A DNA stretch of 41,101 nt. Origin: Patescibacteria group bacterium UBA6130 (lineage in GTDB: Bacteria > Patescibacteriota > Microgenomatia > UBA12405 > UBA6130). This document shows, piece by piece, positions 17,109 through 24,850 of the stretch. The stretch lies in NCBI GenBank assembly GCA_002428285.1, contig DIVO01000050.1, positions 9,554 through 50,654 of the forward strand. Direction: 5' to 3'. The notes beneath the pieces are model-generated. The model ran no database searches. It saw nothing but the letters and a program-made list of their open reading frames with translations, and was not told the origin of the DNA. Position numbers and translations under genes: made by a program. The first letter of the stretch is position 1; each line of letters starts with the position of its first letter.

Positions 17109-17283
17109 TTGCGTTTGATAGTGCACTTACCAAAGCACCCCAGCATCTTTTTGATGGTTTGGCCTTACCTGTTTCGATATAAGAAATGTATTCCCGAGTA
17201 TACCCACTCAGATTAGCTAGTTGTTGTTGACTAATGTGCTTTTTGCCCCTTGTTCTTAAGGCATACAGTTCGTTTGGTTTCAT
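17035..17283 (-). CDS. XRE-family helix-turn-helix transcriptional regulator
   Basis: ISQQQLANLSGYTREYISYIETGKAKPS is a canonical Cro/C1 HTH. A GGAGGTG RBS lies 7 nt upstream of the ATG. The 3' end overlaps the convergent 434-aa ORF by 74 nt. Confidence 0.85.
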   Translation of the reverse strand: MKPNELYALRTRGKKHISQQQLANLSGYTREYISYIETGKAKPSKRCWGALVSALSNATIWNLLGERKHQILLDDLLVGRGW

Positions 17284-17551
17284 AAGTGACCACCTCCATA
17301 TTTGAATCGTCGCTAAGGACTTTATTCTCTTCTACATCTTTTATCATCTCTAACTGATTCTTTACTTGAGACATTACCTCTTTATCTAGGAGTACAGCAG
17401 GAACATCTGCTGGTCTGGGGAGCTGAATTTGTCTTAATCTACCTAAAATATCAGTGGATTATTTATTAAAACGAATTTATTATATCGATCTGTTTTCTTA
17501 TTAGATAGGAATTTGGACATTATTATTAATTAAGTCTATAGTTAAATTATA

Positions 17552-17809
17552 ATGAGTAAGTTGAAAGATTTTTTACTTGATACAGGTTTTAAAAGAGATA
17601 AACTTAAAACTCCTTATAAACTCCTTTTATCGGGTTGTTTTCTTTTATTTATGATACTTTTATATATCATATTTGGAGATTTAGGAATTATTGGTGCGGG
17701 AATTTATGCGGGAGTTTCATATTATTTTGGTAAAGGTCTCTTTTTGTTAATTATTAAGGCTTTCAAAAAAGATATTTACTACTCTGGAGAATATAGGGCA
17801 GATAAATAA
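17552..17809 (+). CDS. Small membrane protein (85 aa, 2 TM)
   Basis: Two hydrophobic helices. No motif. Confidence 0.45.
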   Translation: MSKLKDFLLDTGFKRDKLKTPYKLLLSGCFLLFMILLYIIFGDLGIIGAGIYAGVSYYFGKGLFLLIIKAFKKDIYYSGEYRADK

Positions 17810-17913
17810 GGAACGCTAAGCCGCAACTTTTATTACATCTGAATCTGTTTCAGTCTTTCTCTTTTATTCTTTTAATTATCATATTTATCTATTTTTGATA
17901 GAATAGTCTTAAT

Positions 17914-18837
17914 ATGCCGATTTATAAACAGACCGATAGCAAGCTCATTCCTATTAAAGAAAAGAAGGTAGGTCTTGAAAAAACCCTACAAAATCTAGTT
18001 GAAGCCAACTTGAGTGATGTTTTTGCTTTGAATTTTATTGCTGCGGAATTTCCTTTAAACAATCTTCGGATTGATACGCTGGCTTTTGATGAAGAAGCTA
18101 AGGCTTTTGTGGTTATTGAATACAAGCGAGATAGAAACTTTACAGTAATAGACCAGGGCTATGCTTATCTTGCCCTGTTGCTAAACAACAAGGCAGATTT
18201 TGTCCTTGAATATAATGAGAAGACTAAAAAAAATTTGAGAAAAGACGATATTGATTGGTCACAGTCTAAGGTGATGTTTGTTGCTCAGTCTTTCACAAAA
18301 TACCAGCAGGAAGCTATCGGATTTCAGGATTTGCCAATTGAACTTTGGGAAGTAAAGAAATATGATGAGCGTTTAGTTTCTTTTAACCAGGTAAGAGCGT
18401 CTGAAAAAAGCGAGAGCATAAAAACTATTACTAAGAATAAAGATATTCAGCAGGTGTCTAGGGAAATTAAACAGTATTCAGTTAAAGACCATATCAAGTC
18501 TAATTGGAGCAAGTCTAGGGAGCTATTTGATGAGTTTTCCCAGCGGGTTTTGGAGCTTGACACTCGTTTTGAGACAAAACCAGTAAAATCCTATATAGGT
18601 TTCCGTATAGGAAATAAAAATGTAATAAATGTTAAACCTAGAAGTTCTAAAGTGGTAATCGAATTTTTAAGAACTCAACCTCAGGATTTGAAAGACCCAG
18701 AAAAGAGAGTAACTTATTTTAAAAATAGCTTCAAGTATTACAACCAGCACGTAAGTTTATTCAGTGTTGAAAATGAAGATGATATTGACTATGGTATATC
18801 TCTTGTAAAACAGGTTTATAGGAAATTTACCGAGTAA
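17914..18837 (+). CDS. PD-(D/E)xK (NucS/DUF91-like) nuclease-fold protein with a DUF5655-like C-terminal domain
   Basis: N-terminal RIDTLAFDEEAKAFVVIEYKRDRN...VIDQGYAYLALL fits the D...ExK restriction-endonuclease-like core. The C-terminal ..SYIGFRIGNKNVINVKPRSSKVVIEF.. resembles DUF5655 (family name from memory). Confidence 0.65.
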   Translation: MPIYKQTDSKLIPIKEKKVGLEKTLQNLVEANLSDVFALNFIAAEFPLNNLRIDTLAFDEEAKAFVVIEYKRDRNFTVIDQGYAYLALLLNNKADFVLEYNEKTKKNLRKDDIDWSQSKVMFVAQSFTKYQQEAIGFQDLPIELWEVKKYDERLVSFNQVRASEKSESIKTITKNKDIQQVSREIKQYSVKDHIKSNWSKSRELFDEFSQRVLELDTRFETKPVKSYIGFRIGNKNVINVKPRSSKVVIEFLRTQPQDLKDPEKRVTYFKNSFKYYNQHVSLFSVENEDDIDYGISLVKQVYRKFTE

Positions 18838-18845
18838 TCATAATT

Positions 18846-19166
18846 ATGTTTAAACACACAAAAGCTTTTTACCGTGCTATAGCCAGAATTAGAGCAATTG
18901 GTAACAAAGATGGTATTGTATATCTTCGCCGTTTGAAATCCAAACTGGGTTTAGGGTATGTAAGAACAGCAAGGCTAAAGGATGAGCTGGTAGAAGCAGG
19001 CGTGTTAAGAGAATGGAGTGAAGAAGATCTTAGGGGGCTACCTATAAGAAAAGGGGTTAAGGGTAACATCAACTGGGAACGGTTGAGCAAATTTAGAGTC
19101 CCGAAAGAAATTACTAAAAAAGAAGAGGCTCTTGTTAGGGAAGATCGAAAGCAGGGTTTATTCTAA
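18846..19166 (+). CDS. Stand-alone FtsK-gamma-like winged-helix protein (106 aa)
   Basis: YLRRLKSKLGLGYVRTARLKDELVEAGVL parallels the FtsK gamma-domain consensus LQR.L.IGYNRAARLIDQME..GIV. It starts 8 nt after the preceding gene. Confidence 0.55.
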   Translation: MFKHTKAFYRAIARIRAIGNKDGIVYLRRLKSKLGLGYVRTARLKDELVEAGVLREWSEEDLRGLPIRKGVKGNINWERLSKFRVPKEITKKEEALVREDRKQGLF

Positions 19167-19290
19167 GGATTTCAAAAGCGGTTTTGATATTTTGTAAGGT
19201 AAGACCAAACTCAAGTTCTTGGTTGATAAATAAGTCCTTTAGGGGGAGCTTAGGTTGGTTTAATCTGACCATGTTGGAAGGCGGTGATTT

Positions 19291-19506
19291 ATGAAAAAAG
19301 ATAGACTTCATATAGCTTTAGTAATAGGTGGAGTTATTATTATTGCTGTTATTTATTTATGGAATTCAATGCAACAACAAAATATTTGTGTAGACTTTTG
19401 TTTAAAGGAAATAACTAGAAGACAGCAAGAAGCATCTGGTGATACAGACACCATTCAAGGTCAAATGAATTACTGCCAAGACGCTTGTTCTAAGAAAACT
19501 TATTAA
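19291..19506 (+). CDS. Small membrane-anchored Cys-containing protein (71 aa)
   Basis: N-terminal TM helix. 4 Cys in the exposed part. GGAAGG-type RBS upstream. Confidence 0.45.
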   Translation: MKKDRLHIALVIGGVIIIAVIYLWNSMQQQNICVDFCLKEITRRQQEASGDTDTIQGQMNYCQDACSKKTY

Positions 19507-19670
19507 GGATATTAAAAAAAGTAGTATGGACGCCACCTTTTCTGCACTAATAAAGGAAATAATACAAAATCTTGAGCCTTTAAGAAATTTAAATAACCCT
19601 TTTTACAAAGACCCCAATTTTCTTGGGGCTTTTTTAACCTCGATAGTTGCGCTAACGATTGCTTTATTCA

Positions 19671-20140
19671 ATGAACCTTAGAAAGCTTTGGAGGAAAACC
19701 AATCTTATTGTAAATAAAGAGATAGTTATAAACAAACAAAACGGCGGAGACTCAATCTACTATAGACTTTTAATTTCCAATGAAGAAAATTACGTGGCAG
19801 AAGATGTAGAGATTTATGTGGTTGAAGTTACCAATAAAAACATTTCCTCCCCGTTCCGTTAATTTGGACCCACGCAAGAGTTTATAAGACAGCGGGTGTG
19901 TATAGAAATATTCATCCAAAACAATCAGTCCTATTAGATTTATGCAAGTTCATTAAGAGTAGAAATTTGTTGAAGTTTGAACTGGTTGCTGGAGAAGAAG
20001 TTTCTGATTATTGTATTCTGGATGGAAATAATAAAGATGTAACCTTGAAAATATATCAGAAGAGTGGGGAAACAATACCTGTTGGGCTAAACCTTGAGTG
20101 GAGAAATGGTAATGAGCCATTATTTACTCTGGTAAACTAG
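19671..20140 (+). pseudogene. Hypothetical gene disrupted by a frameshift in an A5 run
   Basis: Track ORFs 19659..19862 and 19898..20140 are in different frames. The second frame is open from 19838, and the two frames overlap exactly at AATAAAAAC (A-run 19836-19840). One extra A would give a continuous ~156-aa product. Confidence 0.55.
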
Positions 20141-20536
20141 TAATACTTTAATTTGTTTTAATCTTTCCCTTGTTTGTTCCGCCACTATTGGATTTTGAAA
20201 AGCCTTGATAATTGAATTCAAACTGTCGGTCAGTGTAAAATTAGGACTACGGAGCCAGGCATGACGAGAGGCGTAAAAAGCTATCTTGTTAAATGGATTT
20301 AGCCAGTTAAATTGGACTTTTTTGCCCTTTAGCTCCAAGTTCTGAAGTGCCATCTTCAAAAGTAGCCGTTTTTCGTGGACTTCAGAACTTTCAAACAACT
20401 TACCTGCGTTAGAAGCCAGTTTTGGCAGGTATTCTGAGGTCAAATAGTATTCTTCATCGGCATAGTTTAGTTTGCCAATTTTCTTGGTAATTTCTTTCTG
20501 TTTTGCCCGATACTCTTTTCGTTTTTCCTCAATGTC
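20120..20536 (-). pseudogene. Serine (large) recombinase, C-terminal fragment F1 (5'-truncated)
   Basis: The open frame has no ATG: ..IEEKRKEYRAKQKEITKKIGKLNYADEEYYLTSEYLPKLASNAGKLFESSEVHEKRLLLKMALQNLELKGKKVQFNWLNPFNKIA.. This matches the characteristic coiled-coil/C-terminal region of large serine recombinases as I recall it. The catalytic domain is absent. Confidence 0.65.
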
Positions 20537-20582
20537 TTAAATGGATATTTAGGCTGAAATTTCGTAGAATAGCGGAAACAAT

Positions 20583-21128
20583 ATGTATAACCAATTGTTT
20601 TCAGACCAATGGGTTTTTGATAGATGTGTGGAAAGCGAAAGTGTTTTTATTCCCCTAATTGTTATCGTTTCGATATCTATTTTGATCTTTCTTTATCGTT
20701 ACTTGAAAAGGCGGAGGGCGTTTTTCATGGTCGCTTTCTTTTTAACTCCTCTAATTGTATTTATTGGTAGTTTGCTTCTGGGGTTTTCTGTTTGTAGTGC
20801 AGGCTCAATTTGGAAAGGGATAAGACCTGCGCTTGAGCTCGATAACAAAATGAAAAAGGTGTGTGTGAATGACAAGTGCCCCAAATCAGAGGATGAGTTG
20901 TCTAGACTAGACACCAATCCTTATCAGCAAATATCTTCTAATGCATAGATTAGATATAATTATAATCAGTCTACCGGAGAATTTGTTTGCTATGTTCAAT
21001 CAAGCAGGTACTATGTAGGTATTTTTCAGAAGGGCACATTCGGTCTCAATAAGATTTCCCCATTTTTACCGATAAAACACTGGGAAAATGTCCCGACCTA
21101 TAATGACAAGGTAGAGCTGCTTCCTTAG
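20583..21128 (+). pseudogene. Membrane protein gene with an in-frame TAG (20946-20948)
   Basis: The frame of ORF 20583..20948 stays open for 59 more codons after the TAG, with a protein-like sequence (IRYNYNQSTGEFVCYVQSSRYYVGIFQKGTFGL...). TAG is a genuine stop elsewhere in the window, for example in the Nudix gene. Confidence 0.5.
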
Positions 21129-21358
21129 TCTTGGTTGTATTTATTACAACGATAATTGTTCTGATACTGTTTGTGGCTCGTCTTTGGTTTGGTTATTAAA
21201 GCAAACCTTCGCTTTAAGTGACGTCCTTTTATGTCATCCAGAGCGGGGAGCACAGTTGAATTTTTAGGTCGATTTGCGAGTATAAAGTACGGTTTTTTCC
21301 AGTTCCATCGGGCTTTTCCGTCCTTCCACTCCAAGTTCTCACAGAAGATATCGGTCAT
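21125..21358 (-). pseudogene. Serine recombinase C-terminal fragment F2 (diverged)
   Basis: KREMTDIFCENLEWKDGKARWNWKKPYFILAN aligns with F1 KRLLLKMALQNLELKGKKVQFNWLNPFNKIAF (KR-x8-NLE.K..K...NW..P[FY]). The DNA motif CTCCAAGTTCT is shared with F1. Confidence 0.5.
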
Positions 21359-21495
21359 TTCCCTTTTGTTTTCCGGTAAGTCTAATCGTAATTTTTTGGT
21401 TACGTATTTAATGTTATAACTAAGAACCCTTATGGGGATTGAGCTATTTTGACCTTAAAAAGAGGAAGAAGCAAATGTAAGACCTTAATTAATCT

Positions 21496-23034
21496 CTATT
21501 TTGCCTGTCTTAAACTACTACCATCCCATTCAATTACCGGTTTATCACCATATTTTGCATTTATTTCTACAGATTCACTTAACCATGTACCATAATCTAT
21601 TGTCTTGTTCTTTGGACCCTCAAAAGGGGCAATAGCAAAATACACTGTAATCTTGTAACTATTTGGAGGTGTTTCCACTAGTTTACCACTAGCTTTTAGA
21701 TCTGCCGGTCGGAAACCAGACTCAAACCCTTCTCCATTTCCAAATACCTTACCTAAAGTATAGATACCTCCTAGATCTCTATCTTCCGCAGGGTTAGCAT
21801 CTAAATCATCCCAACACTCAGAGGAGTAACACATATCCATCATAAATGAATCGCTACTAACATTGACCACCTTTATAATTTGAATACCAGCATTCTCTGC
21901 TGAATTACTCTCTTCTGCTTTTTCTTCTTTCTCTTCAACCTTTGAAGTATCTTCTTGTTTCTCTACAACACTACCCTTTTGTTCTATCTCTTTAGATATA
22001 TCTTCTACAAACCCTACTACTTCTTCTTGAGTCATTGGTTCATAATCTTTGTTAATACTCTTTATCCACTCCTCTACCTCAGCCACTTCCATTTCTGCAA
22101 CAGTTATATCTCCAGGATATTGAGTATTTTTAATCACTTGAAAAGAAGGATGATATTCAAAATTTTTAAGATCTATTCCAATAACTTTTCCTTCCTGAAC
22201 AGTATCTCTAAATTGCTCTAGTCCGACCATAACTGAATCAAACTTACCATAAGCTGAACCCAGATTATTAGGGATATTAGTTATAGTTAAAACAGAAGCA
22301 ATGGGTTCTGTAACTGTTCTAACATCCTTGACAAAGGAGGATACCTTGTTCCTATCCCCAAGGGCTATTTTCGCACTATCTTCAGTTACCTCTAGAGCCA
22401 AATCTGCGCCTACAACAACTGTAGTCACTTGAGCTACAGTTCCCGCAGCACCACCAGTTGCTACAATACCCCCTACATAAACAGTAACTTTACAAGTGTC
22501 TTTAACAGCAATAGCTTGATTCTCTAAATTCTCAAAAGTATCTCCTGCTTCTCCCCACGCCTCTCTAGTTACCATATCTTGAGATTGATTTAGTATTAAC
22601 TGAGCCCTTTTAGCATCTACTCCTAGATGTTGAGCCAATGTCCTTATCTGTCTTCCTGCAGGAGCCTTCTCTACTACTGCTTGGACTTCGGCATAGGTAT
22701 ATGCATATGCCTTCTGTACAAAGTTAAATGCCGTTGTCTCATTAGACATCTCCTCTGCATTCTCTTCTAGTTTTAATACTTTACTCTCTAATGCTTCCCA
22801 CTCTTGAATAATTGAGGCCATCTGTTCATTCCAATCATCGTAGCTTTCATAATCTTTTGCATTTACTAAAACATTATCCGTTTTGTATCTTAATACTAAA
22901 TACTCTTTAGATATTGTCAATGTATCCCCATATACAATCTGCTCTATCTTTTTATTATTTCCAAAAAGAAGGAAAGCCAGAACTGAGAATATGATAATAA
23001 AAGAGAGAAGGAGAAAAATATTTTTTTTAGACAT
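21496..23034 (-). CDS. Uncharacterised membrane-anchored/secreted protein (512 aa)
   Basis: N-terminal TM/signal anchor (IFLLLSFIIIFSVLAFLLF), a coiled-coil segment, a Gly/Ala/Val-rich stretch and an acidic linker. No catalytic motif recognised. Confidence 0.65.
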   Translation of the reverse strand: MSKKNIFLLLSFIIIFSVLAFLLFGNNKKIEQIVYGDTLTISKEYLVLRYKTDNVLVNAKDYESYDDWNEQMASIIQEWEALESKVLKLEENAEEMSNETTAFNFVQKAYAYTYAEVQAVVEKAPAGRQIRTLAQHLGVDAKRAQLILNQSQDMVTREAWGEAGDTFENLENQAIAVKDTCKVTVYVGGIVATGGAAGTVAQVTTVVVGADLALEVTEDSAKIALGDRNKVSSFVKDVRTVTEPIASVLTITNIPNNLGSAYGKFDSVMVGLEQFRDTVQEGKVIGIDLKNFEYHPSFQVIKNTQYPGDITVAEMEVAEVEEWIKSINKDYEPMTQEEVVGFVEDISKEIEQKGSVVEKQEDTSKVEEKEEKAEESNSAENAGIQIIKVVNVSSDSFMMDMCYSSECWDDLDANPAEDRDLGGIYTLGKVFGNGEGFESGFRPADLKASGKLVETPPNSYKITVYFAIAPFEGPKNKTIDYGTWLSESVEINAKYGDKPVIEWDGSSLRQAK

Positions 23035-23161
23035 GTTATTTTTAAAAAAAGATTTAGATAGTGATTATTATAGTATAAAGAATATATTACTCCAATAGGT
23101 TATTCAGGTTCTAAACGTGTATGTCCCGCCATTATTGAGTTGTTCCAACAAGACCCGTCCA

Positions 23162-23500
23162 CTACCCTGAAATATTTTTAAAAGCTATTGTTAGATACAT
23201 AAAGTATTTATAAATATCTTCATCTGTAGAATTATATTGGTTCTCATATTTAAAATAATCGACCCATATCTCTCTCATTCTAGTAAGTTCTCTATACTGA
23301 GATGGGGTTAATTTAGATCCTTTTGATAAATCAAAAAGCTTTAGTGATCTTATAAATGCAATATCCGCATACTCTTTATTGTTTTTATTTCTCCAATTAA
23401 CAGCCCTGTATACCTCGCTACCAATATTGGCCATCTGTTCTAAATATGGCTTGCTTTGCCAACTACTTTGTGGTTGTTTTTTATGTTGAATATTTCTCAT
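23162..23500 (-). CDS. Hypothetical helical protein (112 aa)
   Basis: Clean ORF. Its start overlaps the stop of the upstream (frameshifted) gene as TAATG. Conserved-looking LEQMANIGSEVYRAVNWRNKNN. The family is not identified. Confidence 0.55.
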   Translation of the reverse strand: MRNIQHKKQPQSSWQSKPYLEQMANIGSEVYRAVNWRNKNNKEYADIAFIRSLKLFDLSKGSKLTPSQYRELTRMREIWVDYFKYENQYNSTDEDIYKYFMYLTIAFKNISG

Positions 23501-23840
23501 TATTCAGTAATTTTAGAATTAACAATATCTAAAATTTTTTTTCGAATATCTTCATTATCTACCCCTCTTGAGTTATTATTTTGAGAAGGTCTTAAATTAA
23601 TCATAGAGTCAAACTCTATTCTCTCTTCTTTGTCTAAATCTGGATATATATTTATACCCCAAAGATTTCTTGTTTAGAACCTAATTGAAGTAGATATGCT
23701 TCCTCATCTGAGTGTAACTCAGCATTAACAACTAAAATTTCCTTCTGCACATCAACAACGGCTTTAACTAAATTATGGAACATTTTGGATGACATGTCCT
23801 TTAGTTCTTTAATACTAATCTTGTCTTCTACAATTTTCAT
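23500..23840 (-). pseudogene. Small conserved protein (DUF5674-like, name from memory) with a frameshift in an A3 run
   Basis: Part 1 is MKIVEDKISIKELKDM...AELHSDEEAYLLQLGSKQE (track 23652..23840). Part 2, in another frame, is NLWGINIYPDLDKEERIEFDSMINLRPSQNNNSRGVDNEDIRKKILDIV... The junction is GAAATC (plus-strand TTT 23666-23668). One extra A would restore ..SKQENLWGIN.. Confidence 0.65.
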
Positions 23841-24492
23841 ATCTTTATCATATCAGGAATTATGTTTTCTTTCCTCTCTTTTTATACTGTATTATTTGTC
23901 TCATTTTGTGAAAAAAGTCAAAAGCGGACTCAATTAAATATCTCTTGATTCAAAGTAGGAATGCTCTTTAAGAATAATCTGCTTGGGTGGTTGTCCAATG
24001 GCTAATGTGTGGCAAAACGGTCTACCGTTGGAAAAATCTGCCCATACATGAGTAATTGAACATGCACTACTACCTGAATTGTTGCTAATGATAGCAGAAA
24101 ATCCTATAATGATGGAGATTGTGATGGAAAACATCATTCTAGACTAAACTGAAAGGATGTGATTCTAGTGAAAAAGACTACTGTGAAGTTGAAGCTGGCA
24201 AATCTTATTTCTCACTCACAAGGAAGATGGGTATATTTTACAACTAAATACTGCGTGTGTTGGTAACCAGGTAGAGGAAGGTTGGGAACAGAAAAATGTC
24301 TATCTTGGAAAAATGTGGCTGTTGAATTCGAACCAGAAGTGGGGGGCCGTTTGTTCTTGGGGTAAAAGATAGTGTCTAAGTTACTGTAAATTTAGGTAGA
24401 GTTGAAAGAAGGTTCGAATATAGTTAAGGAAAGAGATCTGAAGATAGATGGCACGTTGAAGGAGCCACTATAACTGGACCTTTGGACACTGA

Positions 24493-24801
24493 CTAGCGAG
24501 ACGAAACTAAATTTATGCCACCTTCGATTTTTGTTTCTATGCATCCAAAGAGTGAGAATAAGTACAACAGATTACCTGCTGTAGATTCAAAAATGAAGGC
24601 GACTATGAATGGTCTAGCTAGTGAAATAGCTACGGCTTTCAAGTAAGGCGAGAATGATAGCAGACTATAGATTGCGGGGATAAGGGAAGGTTTTACTTTC
24701 TCTATTTCCTCTTTGATTTGGGCTACCAGCCTAAAGTTAGAGAAAACCTTGATAATACTGGACAATTGCGTGGTTATATTAACGTTACGATCCTCGAGCA
24801 A
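24493..24801 (-). pseudogene. Serine recombinase extreme 3'-end fragment F4
   Basis: LEDRNVNITTQLSSIIKVFSNFRLVAQIKEEIEKVK parallels F1 AWLRSPNFTLTDSLNSIIKAFQNPIVAEQTRERLKQIK. The 27-nt DNA match GTTATATTAACGTTACGATCCTCGAGC (24773-24799) corresponds to 26821-26848. Homology ends abruptly at 24801. Confidence 0.5.
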
Positions 24802-24850
24802 AAAATATATATAAAAACTAAAGCAAATTTGTTTATGATATTATGTTTGT

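Noticed and set aside
17231-17374. 47-aa minus-strand ORF upstream of, and overlapping, the XRE gene, considered as a possible toxin of a TA pair
   Set aside because: It overlaps the XRE start out of frame for ~50 nt, has no RBS and no toxin-like motif, and is probably just 5' leader.
19167-19290. 45-aa minus-strand ORF (MVRLNQPKLPLKDLFINQELEFGLTLQNIKTAFEIL...) between the FtsK-gamma-like gene and the next ORF
   Set aside because: It is short, has no RBS and runs into the 3' end of the upstream plus-strand gene. It could be a gene remnant, but I cannot support that.
23934-24137. 67-aa minus-strand ORF (MMFSITISIIIGFSAIISNN...)
   Set aside because: No RBS, odd composition and no neighbouring operon context. 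It may be a small membrane peptide but is unsupported.
24321-24419. T-loop-like strings (GAATTCGAACC and GGTTCGAAT), considered as a possible tRNA or tRNA fragment marking attR
   Set aside because: The flanking bases do not form a T stem or an acceptor stem, and there is no similarity to the 3' exon of tRNA-Asn.
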